56,269 bases of DNA from Girardia tigrina. Taxonomy: Eukaryota. The notes beneath the pieces are model-generated. The model did no database searches and was not told the DNA's origin. It worked only from the letters and a program-made list of their open reading frames with translations. The first letter of the stretch is position 1. Each line of letters opens with the position of its first letter. The position numbers were made by a program, and so were the translations under genes. The stretch is from contig MQRK01192887.1 in assembly GCA_001938485.1 (NCBI GenBank), forward strand, positions 1-56,269, given 5' to 3'. Shown one piece after another: positions 1-12,703 of this stretch.

Positions 1-220
1 TTGTTCCAGTCCGTGTCGATGAGGCAGAGATCGTCAGCATAGGCTAGTCTGTTGATCTCAAGGAAGCTTCCATCTTCATGTTTCATCATCACTCCTCCAG
101 AGAGACCGTTCAATATTGCGCTTTTCACAACCGTGTCGAATACAATATTGAACAGGAGCGGCCCTAAAACACAACCTTGACGCACTCCTTTATCCATGTT
201 GAAGGTTTCATCAGTTTCAT
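1..220 (-). mobile_element. RTE-like non-LTR retrotransposon reverse transcriptase fragment (5'-truncated, runs off window start)
   Basis: Minus-strand translation DETFNMDKGVRQGCVLGPLLFNIVFD...INRLAYADDLCLID contains the RT motifs GVRQG..L.P.LF and YADD; similar to the element at 23.6-26.2 kb. Confidence 0.9.
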
Positions 221-372
221 CTCTCCGATGTACGAGTTTTGACACCCGTGACAATTAAATTTATATACCAGATTAGTTTGCAAATCACAAACTGTTTTCG
301 ATTTGTTTGAGAGGAAACTTTGATCTTTGGATGTGACAGAGACTATTTTAGCACTACTCAAACAATTCAATA
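221..372 (-). mobile_element. Penelope-like element GIY-YIG endonuclease fragment
   Basis: LVYKFNCHGCQNSYIGE matches the Penelope VY.F.C..C...YIGET motif; cut off at the RT fragment junction. Confidence 0.8.
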
Positions 373-394
373 TTCATATACTAAACATCCGAAA

Positions 395-436
395 ATTGCT
401 GATGGTGATGTATGTAAACATCGAAACATGTCCAAT
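395..436 (+). ncRNA. Minimal type I hammerhead ribozyme (Penelope-type), core variant CUGAUGG
   Basis: ATTG-CTGATGG-T-GATGT(atgtaa)ACATC-GAAA-CATG-TC-CAAT: stem I ATTG/CAAT, stem II, palindromic stem III; adjacent to a Penelope fragment. Confidence 0.75.
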
Positions 437-474
437 AATTATATAAAAAAAGCTTTAATCAAATTATATTTTCG

Positions 475-524
<50 letters not shown>

Positions 525-574
525 NNNNNNNNNNNNNNNNNNNNNNNNNNNNNNNNNNNNNNNNNNNNNNNNNN

Positions 575-1084
575 GATTAATTGTAGCCCACAGTGCGTTT
601 ATTCGTTGCAATTTATTTTTAAGCAAATTGTCAGTTACCTTGCTATATTTGACAGCAAGAGTATTTTTTTAAAAAAAATTCAAATTAATTTCTCCAATTT
701 CTTTAAATGAAAAAAATCAGAAAAAAAGATAAACATGAGTAATATATATTTGTTTTTTTTAATATTGTTTTAATATTTAAACAATATTTACTACCTTCAA
801 ATAATGCAAGTAAGCCATATTGTCTTTAATCTTTCTTTTCTGGTATTAAGACATGTTTGTGAATCACAAGACTTATGATATTGCATTTTTGTAGTTATTA
901 TTATTTTCTTTACTTTTTATTTAAAATTAATAAAGATTGATCCCATATTCGAATTAATAAAAGTGGAACTTTCATTCTAAAACCAATCAGAATTATCACT
1001 ATTTAAGAGGGTGCGTTTATTAAAACAACGTACCAAAGGAAGTGCGTTTAATCGATGGGTGCGCTAATTCGATAAAATCTAGTA
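575..1084. mobile_element. MITE-like remnant (possibly pogo/Tc type)
   Basis: Repeated GTGCGTTTA(T/A)T motifs at 594 and 1010-1070; ends CGATAAAATCTAGTA next to (TA)n; left end lies in a gap. Confidence 0.4.
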
Positions 1085-2539
1085 TATATATATATATATA
1101 TATGACATAATACTTCGGTAAGTTTGAAAGGTAGAAAGACAAAATTTCCACCTTAAATTTATATTTTTCTTATTGAATTATTTAAATGAAACATCGGCTT
1201 CTGTAATTAATTGTTTGATTATTAAATTAGATGTAAGGCAAACGGGAACCTCGCAGAGTCTTTCAGTTTTATTTTTTCACGAAAAATAGACAAGGAAATT
1301 TTATTGAAGCTTCAAGAAATATGATAAGAAAGTACGATCTTGCTGTTAATTATCCTTTTGCTTACTGATTTGAAGGGGTTTTGAAGATTCCTTACAAATG
1401 CCATCAATTAAGTACAAACTACATTAAGTACTTGCTAATTTAAATGTTAAAATGTATAAAATATAATAATATAGTAATATAATATAATATAATATAATAT
1501 CTTATAAATAAAATTGTTTAATATTATACTATATTTGATAATGTATTATAATTCAATTGCCAATAGTTTTCCTTTCTATTATATTTTACTAAAAATTATT
1601 TGGTAATAAAAAGTTTTTATTAAAACAATGTTTTCCTCGACCAAAATGACCTTCTCTCAGCAAGTAGATTTATATCTGTCTGGACAAAGTTCCGCTAGGA
1701 TTTGTCATCCAGGGGGTCTGACAGAGATTAAGAGTTATTAGAAAATCTTTTAAACATATTAATTAAAGCAAAGTTAAGAATAATAATATTTATAAATGTT
1801 AAGCTAACCTTTTCTCATGCAAAATCAGTTGTCAAGAAATAATAGAAGATCATTTACATCTGTCAATTAATTCAGTGACGATTGTATTTAGTTTTTCTGA
1901 CAATTCTCAATTTTATTTTTTAATTACTTTAATTCAGTGTTTGTTTTGGACTGATTTTAGAGTTTTAATGAGACTTTTTGATGGATTCTATTGATGAATA
2001 ATGTAATTCGCTAGAAAAAAATAACCGAAAATGATTTCGAAATTATTTAACTAATTAATTCTTTATTATATGTGTAAACGGGGGTCAAATACTTTTAAAA
2101 TTTCAATGTTACAGTTTTAAAATATCTTTGAAATATATTCGCTTTAACGGATTTCCGAATGTTATGCTGTTTCAATTTTAGATCATCGCAAATTATGAAA
2201 GAGACAATCGAAAAAGATTTCCATGATTTATAAAAACGTAGATGCTGTTTTAAGACTGTAGTAGTAGTAAGGTTCTGTAACATAAGCTTGTATCTGAGAG
2301 TTATCATAAAATTCAGAAGATCACCAAATATTTATTATATACTATTGCATTGTTGATGGCAAACAGATTGAATATTCTGTCAGTGGTCCTCGTAAAGATT
2401 AAAAAAACAATAAATGTAAAACACTACAAAAAATTATGGTTAGCTTAGTAAAAGTCTAGTCATATTGAGCTGATAAGATTTATATCCTCTAATTTATATC
2501 TGATCTCTATATCTTTATTTGAAATCTTTAATTTTATTA

Positions 2540-3110
2540 TTGCCCTGGGTCACGTTCTCCAAACCTATTTTGATTTTCGTAACATTGTGTTATATTTAAC
2601 GTTTAGGTATTCTCTTCACATATGTCCTTCCTCATAGTAGGCCAAACAAATAATTATTCTTACTTTATAATTTTTTCTTTTCGTGTCTTTTTTTCGGGGT
2701 TTTGGTGTTTTTTCTTTTATTGTCCACCGTTTCCCATTCGTTTTATTTTCTTGTTTTACATGCTACAATCGGTGTATTCCGTTTCTTTTTACCGTATGTA
2801 TCCATTCTCATTTGTATGTTTTCAATTACATCCGCCTTCGTCACATCTCAAATCGTTTTCTATCGCTCAACATTATCATCTTCAATCATTTTAGCATAAA
2901 CCAAGTATGATAGTTACTTTTAATCAATTTTTTCCTCAACTAGTTTGCAGAATGCAATCGACGGTTTACCGAAACTCACTCACAGTTTAATAAGATCTTT
3001 CATACAATTTAAAATAGACTTTTCTTTTGCAAATGCTGCTTATAACTTCTCTTTGCAAGTACTTCCAGGTTGTAATGGAAAATGAGAGCGAGTGGATCTC
3101 TATCTTCCAT
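2540..3110 (-). pseudogene. Decayed gag-like ORF of a retrotransposon
   Basis: Stop-riddled minus frame, basic/charged, ending ICLAYYEEGHM*REYLN, a degenerate CCHC zinc knuckle (C..C.E.GH..REC). Confidence 0.4.
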
Positions 3111-3213
3111 TAACTAAATAAATTAATAAACACAAAATAATCTGGAAAATTTATTGTTTAGAATGATCAACATAAGGTTGTTTTAGGATTGTTGGTATTA
3201 GTGGTATGAAATA

Positions 3214-3604
3214 AATAGATTGTTTTCCGGAGTCCTAAATCAGTAATAAGTATATTTCTGTACCAGTAAAAATGTGTCAACTGAAATCATCAACAAGAGA
3301 TTTGCTGAACAAATGTTGATTCCATGTTTAGACCGCTACTAAACATTCATCGGGTAAAACTCACTATGCGAGTTGTTTAGGTATCGGTAATTTCATGGAA
3401 ATTCGTCGGCGTGAGTGCCATGTGAAACGGGTTTCTAGTACCGACTAAACCTGAAAACCCGATAAATGATTAGTGCTCCGGTTGGATGCGTCGCAGCTAA
3501 TGTTATGGAAATCGATTTGTTGATTTTATCAATGTGACAAAAATCCGCTGACATTGACTGGTACCGTATACTTACATACTAGTTTGGGACTGTAGAAATC
3601 TATT
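3214..3604. mobile_element. Old MITE with degenerate ~60-bp terminal inverted repeats
   Basis: AATAGATT..AGTCCTAAATCAGTAATAAGTATA..GTACCAGT..TGTCA (3214-3280) is an imperfect reverse complement of 3549-3604. Confidence 0.5.
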
Positions 3605-5712
3605 ATGTGGTCGCATTGTGATACATGTAACAACATACATAAAAATAACATTGTCGTGCTTTAAAAAAAACATACTCACTTGTTACAGGAAATTAAAGAC
3701 TGATTAATCAAATCAAATTCTAGATAAAAATTACACATAAAAATTCGAATTATCGGTATGATAGTTAAAAATAATCTTAATAAACCATGGCTTATGATAT
3801 TTGGGAGGTAGACAAACGATTCATTGACGGTTAAGGTATAACTGGATGTTATAACTATGAATTCTGATGACAGAAATGCCCACATAAATTAGAACTTCCT
3901 CTTTGAATTAGACGAGTTCTGGCGGATTGCGCCCCGTTACACGAACCAATTTCATCCAATACGACACTAATGCGTTCCGAATCTGATGGTCTCCAACGTT
4001 GTATTTCGGATCAACAACACGTCGTATCCAGCGAATTTAATTGTATTGATTTTATTCATTAAATCAATTATTTAATTTTTATATATNNNNNNNNNNNNNN
4101 NNNNNNNNNNNNNNNNNNNNNNNNNNNNNNNNNNNNNNNNNNNNNNNNNNNNNNNNNNNNNNNNNNNNNNNNNNNNNNNNNNNNNNNNNNNNNNNNNNNN
4201 NNNNNNNNNNNNNNNNNNNNNNNNNNNNNNNNNNNNNNNNNNNNNNNNNNNNNNNNNNNNNNNNNNNNNNNNNNNNNNNNNNNNNNNNNNNNNNNNNNNN
4301 NNNNNNNNNNNNNNNNNNNNNNNNNNNNNNNNNNNNNNNNNNNNNNNNNNNNNNNNNNNNNNNNNNNNNNNNNNNNNNNNNNNNNNNNNNNNNNNNNNNN
4401 NNNNNNNNNNNNNNNNNNNNNNNNNNNNNNNNNNNNNNNNNNNNNNNNNNNNNNNNNNNNNNNNNNNNNNNNNNNNNNNNNNNNNNNNNNNNNNNNNNNN
4501 NNNNNNNNNNNNNNNNNNNNNNNNNNNNNNNNNNNNNNNNNNNNNNNNNNNNNNNNNNNNNNNNNNNNNNNNNNNNNNNNNNNNNNNNNNNNNNNNNNNN
4601 NNNNNNNNNNNNNNNNNNNNNNNNNNNNNNNNNNNNNNNNNNNNNNNNNNNNNNNNNNNNNNNNNNNNNNNNNNNNNNNNNNNNNNNNNNNNNNNNNNNN
4701 NNNNNNNNNNNNNNNNNNNNNNNNNNNNNNNNNNNNNNNNNNNNNNNNNNNNNNNNNNNNNNNNNNNNNNNNNNNNNNNNNNNNNNNNNNNNNNNNNNNN
4801 NGATAAAAAATAATATAAATTATCGTTTTATAAAAATCTTTTGTCAATATTTTATAGTGAAATCAAAATCGTAAATCTGTTTGTAAAGTTTGTCTTAGGA
4901 AATCAATACTTTTTTATATCTTTTGATATTTTCTTTTATATTATTTTCTTTCATTAAATAAGTTTTTTGCTTGAAATTGTTAACAGATTAGATAAAGATT
5001 AATTATTTAGCTCAAAAGTGTTCTGATTTTCATACGAGACGAATATTTCGTGATAGATTTCCTCAAGGGAGTGTGGACGTTGAAGTAAGGAGGAAACATC
5101 ACTTATTCTAACTGTTAAAAATATCAGGAAAATTGTTTACTTTCTCAAACTTTTATTACACAGAGAAGGTCAATGAGAAGATTCTGTCTGGCTGACTCTC
5201 TGCCTCAAATTAATAAATTAATTGCTAAGTACTTTTATAATTTTAAAATATTAATAATAAGGTGACTACTAGTTGGTCAGAATATAAAAATTTAGAAAAT
5301 AAATAATTCAAAATTGTTCATACAGGATGTCTTGAAAGATATGTTCTATTTTTAAAAGCAATAAATACATTATTTATTGACCTAGGAATATGATTAAGTA
5401 TTAAATCTACAAATACTTGAAGTAACGACCATCTCACTCAAACATGGACAACATGAGTGATTTAACTGAAAAACATTATTATTTTTTCTTCTTCAGGTTA
5501 TAGTCTGTTGCTAGTTTGAAGCCCTAAACCTTGTCTAGTATAAGCTATAAAGATAAAAAATTAATGCAAGCAACATATTTTATATACGTGCACTTATGCG
5601 TCTGATACTAAAAAATCGAATTATTTTATTTTAATGTTTGAGCAGTCTTGTGGTAAGAAACTCTGAAGTGTGATTTATCTTCGTCTTTAGCCTTTGAAAC
5701 ATAATGGTGCAT

Positions 5713-5807
5713 GTGATGAATATTTTACATTTGCTATGTTGAATTTGGTATGTTGAGTTTAGTATTTGGGAATGTGTTTCTCCCACCCAGATGGAAAATT
5801 GATATTT
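5713..5807 (+). promoter_or_regulatory. Conserved block A, module copy 1 (putative cis-regulatory)
   Basis: GTGATGAATATTT..(TATGTTGA)x2..GTGTTTCTCCCACCCAGATGGAAAATTGATATTT; homologous to four other copies; function inferred. Confidence 0.55.
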
Positions 5808-5966
5808 TAGATGTTCACGATAAATAATTATTCGAGTATAATTTGCATTTTAAATTATAGCATAAAATATTTTAAAAACTTTAAAAATAAAATCTGAAAA
5901 TAATGACAAATTGTTCAAATAATTGTTTATTAAAAAATATTAACTAAGATTTATCAATTTAGAACG

Positions 5967-6080
5967 ATGTCGAATGACGAAAGCTTTGCTGAGAGTTGTC
6001 CAAAGGACAATTCAAATTGTATTGAAAATAAATGTTCAAGAACCCGTATTGGTGTTCTTAACAACAATTATATAATCTAA
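5967..6080 (+). CDS. Short ORF family member 1 (37 aa, MSNDESFAESCPKDNSNCIENKCSRTRIGVLNNNYII)
   Basis: Gap-free codon alignment with four other copies, each downstream of a block A. Confidence 0.5.
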   Translation: MSNDESFAESCPKDNSNCIENKCSRTRIGVLNNNYII

Positions 6081-6438
6081 ATGGTGTACTAACTGCAGTC
6101 GTTTTAATGTTTTATTTATATATTATAATTTAAAGAAAGGCTGTCCCCAAATCCACGTTACTAAAGATTGATGTAGGATCAAATTTCGGCAAAAAATATA
6201 ATCTGACTGAAAAAAGAAAATTTTATAATTTACAAGTTATATTTTAATTATAGATATATTATTTTTTATTATATATATATATATATATATATTTTATATA
6301 AAATTAAATTAATAAATTCTAAATAATTAATCAAATAGTTTGTAAATCATTTGACTTATTTATTAATTGTTATCAAATTTTTTATCAAAAATTTTTCAGA
6401 TTTGCAGCTCAAACCGACACTGGACAGAGAGATAAATA

Positions 6439-6678
6439 TCATCTGTAAAATTTGTAGTAGACAAACAGACGATTAAAACTTATAAAAGTGAGGTAAAAAG
6501 AAACACAAATGAAACATTCATCTTTTCTTAGGACGTTCTTTTCTTTTAACCATTCTGGAGGATGCAGATCATTTCTACTCAGGCCGTTTCTCATCGGAGG
6601 TTTTTCCTCTAAAATTTCTCTTCCAACGTTCTTCCTCCTATTGTTTCTTATACGATTTTTTTTCTTTTGGTTTGACAT
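6439..6678 (-). other. Orphan protein-like ORF fragment (basic N-terminus MSNQKKKNRIRNNRRK...)
   Basis: GC-richer island with protein-like composition; no family recognised. Confidence 0.25.
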
Positions 6679-9600
6679 ATAAAAATACAAAATCAAAAAC
6701 TAAAATAAAAATCTTAATTTAAAATGAAAAACCTCAATACAAATTTTCTTAAAAATAAAATCCGTTTAAAAATATATGTTAGAAATTAAAATGAAATGTT
6801 AGGAAAATTTTTAAAATAAGGTTAAATTAAATAAGTACAAATTAAAATTTATATATATTTAAATATGTAAAGTTTGAAAAAGAAATTTCGTCTTACTTAT
6901 TTCGTAATTAAACTGTTAAGAATTAAAAATTTTTGACATAGTCTAAAATGTAATATACGAAGTAAAATGTGTAATTTTTAAATGTGTAACGATTTTTAAA
7001 AATTAATAAAATTAAACGAAACAATAATATATTTTAAAATGTTATCGTAATTTAAAATTGATTTATAAAATTAAAATAAAATGAAATATTATTATTATTA
7101 GTATTTTGTTTATATCTGATTAAGATTTATAAAACAAATTGTTTCTCAAATAATATAAGTTTGTTTAAATATTAGATTTCAACAATTTTTTTGTTGTGGA
7201 TAATAATAAAATTTGGATATCTGAAATAACTCTTAATACTTATTCTGAGGATGTTCCAAGAACATCTAATAATATAAATTTTAAAAAAATAAAATTAACA
7301 TATCCACCATTACATTTTATACGAAAATTACAATTTAATTACCAAAAAATTAATAAAAAATACCAAAGCTAAAGATTAATATAAAAATAAAATTTTACTA
7401 CTGAAAAATAATTTTGATTTGAAAATTTGAAATTGCTTTTAGATAATTTAGTCTCAAATATTTTTTTCGAATCTCAAAATCTTATGAAAAAAGTCAACAA
7501 CGCAAATCAAATTTTTGATGAAAAAATTGTCTTTCAGATAAAGTTTTTTTTTATGTTTATCATCACTCTGCTCAAATGATAAGGAAGACTCGCTCGTCTT
7601 TAAAATAATTTTCTAATATACATACAGCAATATACAGATATATACGGATTTCAGTGTTATATATTTGTCGATTTATTAAAAATTTAAAATTAAAAAAAAG
7701 CATTTCTACGAAAGCTATAGTTAGACTTACAAGATTTATTTTCTAAATAATGTTATTAATGACTATATGAAAAGTTTTTAAATTTTATAACTAATCAATA
7801 TTAAAACCAACTAATTTTTAATACAAATGCATATCTTTTTAAATTTTTTTTATTATTTTACCTGGTTTATTAAGCAGACAAATGAATAGCTAACTGGCCG
7901 AACAAACTATACAATCGTTCGATTCAAGATACACTGAATCCATAAAAAAATTTAAATGCATCCAATGTTTCATCCGATCTCCAGCTTACCCCAAATACCA
8001 GACAATGGTAACAGAGGCATGGTGCTCGTTACTTTCGTACTGGGTTCATTTTATATTTATGGTTTGACTGTTATTATTTTGGTTCGAGATCATGAGTCAG
8101 TAGCAATCAAAATCAAGAGCTTAACGTCTTTTAAAATTAAATTCATAGCATTCGTCCTAAATCATATCAAATTTACCAGTAAAAATTAAACAACTTCGTT
8201 GCTAATCATAAAAATAAATGTTCAAATAATAATTGTCTCAAGGTTCTTAACATACATAATTGTATTAAAAAGTTTCTAAAATATAAAATACATTTAAAGG
8301 CTGCAAGGAAATAAATGAATTAATTTTAATATTAAAAAGAAAAAATAAAACAATATTTTAACTTCAAAGCTTTAATAGTCATTGTGAGAGTAAATGATAA
8401 TAAATTGAGTAACAAATAATTAGTAATTGTTTTAATATTTGGAAACTTAGGCGGGAAATTTCAGTAGAGCTTAAGAATTGTGGAGTTAAATAAATTCTCA
8501 TTTATTATCGAACTTTGTCTTTTGATTTTGTCGCAACAGTTATCATAGTTTATAAACTAATTTAATTTTTGGTAACACCCTTGACCACTTTATATCATCT
8601 AAAATTGTTTTTTATCTATTAAATTCTTTTAATCATAAACTTTTCTTCTCAGGACGGAAATATCAAAAAATAAATACATTCATAAAATATGATGAGATAG
8701 AATAAATAAAATGTATTTTGTGTATATTAATACTGTAAAAACATTAAAAATTTAAGAAAAAATAATATAATATTAATAAAGAAATATAATTTTTTTATTT
8801 AAATTCTCATTTGCATTAACAAAATATGAAAATGTCAATTTAATTTTTATTATTTTGTTTTGAAAAAAAATTACACTTACTTTATAATTAATTTAAATTA
8901 ATTTCTTTTCGATTAAAATGAAACAAAAAACCAAATGATATTTTTATCATTTCATTATTTTCAAAATATTTTCAAATATTTCTTAGAAATTTGACATTGA
9001 ATAAAAATAATTTATTTTTTTTGCATTTTCTCAAGACGATTTTGAAAGACAAAAATACAGAATATCTTTAAAAAGTCTCAGTTCGTATAATTATTGAGCC
9101 TGGAGCTATGATAGCGAATTTTTATAATAATTAATATGAGTCAGAGAATATGTTGATAAATTCTTTTCAGGAATATCTCTAAATAAATAAAAATAAATAA
9201 ATAAAAACATTTCCCCATAAACTTCATTAATTTTAGATGACTTAGCGGAATGAAAAATAACAATTGATAGAATGTACCAAAAAATTATTTTTCATAATTT
9301 TGTATGATGGAGAAAAAAGAGTTATTTTTCTTCAGTAAATTTCGAAAGATAACTAAATTAATATTATATTTACTGAATGTTATCTTAGAAATAGTGCTTG
9401 GAATCCGGGACAATATTTCCATTCCAAAGATTTATTGTCTAATAAGAATCATTATTAGATTCTTATATTAGATTAATATTTTCGAAAAATTTTCCTCAAG
9501 CATAAAAGTAACAAATTAATCCTCTGTAAAAATACAAATATTTTACAAACACATTTTATATTAACATAATAATTTTGTAAACATAATTTTTTAAATTAAC

Positions 9601-10744
9601 GATCAAACACTTTTTAAGGATTCATGTTCAAATTTTTTAAGTTGAAAAACATTTTTCGACCTTAATGTATACCAAACTGTATTTATCAAAGGGGATAAAT
9701 TAAAGTTAGGGGATATGGTAAAGTTAGAAAATAATGACAAGCTATTTTTATAAATTTAAAAACTCCATTTTATAATAATATATTTTATTGCAATTTATTT
9801 TGACGGAATATCCCTTATTGTCAGGCACTTCTGATTCTAGCTGTCAAGCTTTTATATTTCCAATTGTGATTACGCAATTAATTATGTAATTACTGTCGCA
9901 TGCAAACACTCAATAAAGTTGATGAGTCATTGATTGTATTTTAATCGCTATATTAACTGCTTTAATTAATAATGCCTCACACGAGATTCATTCCCAATAA
10001 TTTTTATCGAGTTTCTTTATTAAAATTTTAAAATCATCATCATATTTTTTATGCAAACAAAAACAATTCTGGTATTCTCTACTATGATCAACAGAAATTA
10101 TGACATGATTATCGTTGAAGCATTATTAATTAAGTATTTTAAACCATAACTAAATTTGCTACGTAATTCTTCCATTGTATTAAAATATTTAGTATATTAA
10201 TACAAAAGCTAAAATTTGTAAATAACAAACTTAAAGTTTGATACAAAGATCATTTAAAAATGTTAGTCAGATTGTGTCAAGATTATAAAACTCTGCCTTT
10301 TAATAACTTTTGAAATATGTCTACGAAAATTCACTGACAAAAAAAAATGCAAAATGTGAATCTTAAAAATTATCTCATTCAGTGTTTCTAAATCGATGGT
10401 TCGCAAATTAATTTTTATTTTTTATATATTTTTAAGATCTTTTAGATTATGGTTTATTTTTTTAATTTATCTTTAATTCGGTCGAAACCTTTTCATCTGT
10501 TTCTAAGTTGTTTTTACAAAAAAATTTTCCCAGTTGTGATTATCTCATGATCACCTGAAATTAAATTTAAGGACTTCCAAAACGTTACTTTTCAAGAAAT
10601 TGATACAAATATGCCTTCTTCAATATGAAATCAAATTGTTATATTGATATTCAGGTTTTCTTTACTTCAGATTACATTATGTTTCATTTTTTAATCACTG
10701 AAAAGATAGTTTAAAAACGTTATATTCCTCGTTTGTTACGTTAT

Positions 10745-10920
10745 GTCAAAGGAAGAAAAGCTGCGCTTGCGAGTCGCATGCGGCTCTTCCGATGTAAAGT
10801 TACGGCTTTCCAGTTCCATACACATAAATTAAATATTTTATTATTCTAGCAGAAATATGTGATAAAAATTTTATAAGTTTTTACGTGAATAAATATTATT
10901 TCTTTAGGTTATTTATTTTA
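10745..10920. mobile_element. hAT (Charlie/SPIN-type) MITE end remnant
   Basis: GCGCTTGCGAGTCGCATGCGGCTCT resembles the typical GCGGCTCGCGAGCCGCATGCGGCTCT subterminal motif. Confidence 0.45.
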
Positions 10921-10921
10921 A

Positions 10922-10975
<54 letters not shown>

Positions 10976-11409
10976 NNNNNNNNNNNNNNNNNNNNNNNNN
11001 NNNNNNNNNNNNNNNNNNNNNNNNNTATATATATATATATATATATATAGTACCGGTCAAAAGTCTTGAGCCATCTAAAAATATTTCAAAATGTCACAAA
11101 TATATGCAAAATTATATAATCTGTTGAAATAAATTTAACATATTTTATAAACCAGATAATCCTGCATTATGTAATGGTATGGGTATTAAAAATATGTCCT
11201 GCTTTAAGATTCTAAATGATAAAATAAAATTGTTTAAATATTCTATTGGGTCAAAAGTTTTGAGCCACTTTCAAACTGTCGTTATAATTAAAATTTAAAA
11301 ATTGGTTTGTTTCAAAAGGATAAGTATGTTTTATGCCATAAATTATATTAATATATAAGTAGAAAATTACTAAAATATCTGAACTGAAAAGATAGTAATT
11401 GTTGATGCA

Positions 11410-12368
11410 ATGAAAAACAAGAAATCCCAAAGACAAATGGCAGAAGAATTTGGAGTTTCGCGAAGAAATGTACAGGAAATATATGAAAAATCTCTAAACA
11501 CTATGTCTGTAGTAGATAGGTACAGATCAGGCAGTCCTACAAAGACAACTCTACGAGAAAGATGTCATTTGATAATAATAAGCAAGAAAAAACCTTTTCA
11601 ATCTTCAACAATTCTTCAAAAAAAAGTGAATAAGTAGATTAACAATGTCTAATTCAACAGTCAAACGAATCTTACGACAATATGGTTTGTATAGACAAAA
11701 AGCTGTTTTGAAACCTCACTTAACAGCAAAGCAAATCAAAACGCAAAAACACTGTTGCCATCAGTATAGTATTTTAAGCGATAAATATTTCAAAAAAAAT
11801 ATGATTTATTTAAAGATTTATATAAAGATTTATTTATACCCAAACCGTCGTGTATATGTCAGAAGAAGCAGAAAACAACAATGTCACCCTAGGAATGTAA
11901 AGTCTTCAAAGACATTTGGAGGGAAATCTCTAATGATATTGGGATTCATTAAATTAGATGGTTCTCGTGTTTTGGTTAGAGGCAGCTATTATATGAATTC
12001 CACTGAATATATATATCACTACTGCAAAATGAACTTTTCCCAAATTTTTATTCCGACGAAATTTTTCAACAGGACGGTGATCCTTTTTATAGAAGTAAGC
12101 AATCAATAACATTTCTTGAAGAAAATGCAATCAACTACATTTGTGATTGGCCAGCACAAAGTCCTGATTTAAATGTAATTGAAAATATGTGGTATTATGT
12201 AAAACAGAAACTATATTTACTGAATTTAACAATATCAATGAACTTTAGATAAACTTTAAAAAAGAATTTTTCGAAGTCCCGAATGACTATATACGAAATT
12301 TATATGCTTCCTTTATGACAAGGATAAATGCTGTTTTAGCCGCTAATGGAGAAATAACAAAGTATTAA
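11410..12368 (+). pseudogene. Tc1-family transposase, frameshifted (second D to E spacing of 35)
   Basis: HTH region SQRQMAEEFGVSRRNV..RSGSP, then FQQDG...WPAQSPDLNVIENMW; several stops and frameshifts. Confidence 0.9.
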
Positions 12369-12576
12369 ATGAATTATTTTATTCATTATTCGAATAATAA
12401 ATGTTCTTCATGGTTTTCATTTTGTGATTTTGCACAAAATAATAAAAAAGTAAGAGTGGCTCCAGACTTTTGACCGCATTTGGCCATTTTGTGTTGCTGT
12501 GTTTGTGTATCGTATTTGATATTATTCTGATGGCTTCATCTGTAAATTGTGCTTCATATACAGTTTTTTCAACTTT

Positions 12577-12703
12577 TTTTTGGTACCGTAGCCTTTGGGC
12601 CCTGGGTGCACTCAATTATGCGCAAGCATATGGCTTGGGTTTGCATATATATTTGAGTGTCTCAGTAGGCAAGGAACCTGGTGGCGCCTATCTCCTCTCC
12701 AGG
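12577..12703 (-). mobile_element. Short retroposed insert (SINE-like, LINE 3' end or ncRNA retrocopy)
   Basis: GC-rich insert with a short A tail on the minus strand, flanked by a 10-bp direct repeat TTTCAACTTT (12567-12576, 12704-12713). Confidence 0.7.

Noticed and set aside
2622-2910. Three overlapping Phe-rich + strand ORFs as membrane proteins
   Set aside because: They are shadows of the A-rich gag-like relic on the minus strand.
4068-4847. Long X-filled ORFs (also 13373-14450, 49710-49998, 320-580, 10885-11127)
   Set aside because: Artefacts of N gaps and (TA)n tracts.
5713-5807. Block A as a C/D snoRNA (GTGATGA C-box-like start)
   Set aside because: Four of five copies read TGAGGA, there is no conserved CTGA D box or terminal stem, and the would-be guide varies.
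5750-5827. Block A as a coding exon (MLSLVFGNVFLPPRWKIDILDVHDK, or the CEEYF frame)
   Set aside because: Copy 3 has a 1-nt deletion, copy 5 has in-frame stops, the internal tract varies by non-triplet lengths, and there is no conserved splice donor.
5965-6015. Block B as a hammerhead or structured RNA (GTC-gaat-GAC-GAAA; GAGTTGTCC/GGACAATTC hairpin)
   Set aside because: No CUGANGA core, and the hairpin is not kept in copies 3 and 4.
7244-7270. CTGAGGA plus hairpin as a hammerhead
   Set aside because: No GAAA after the stem.
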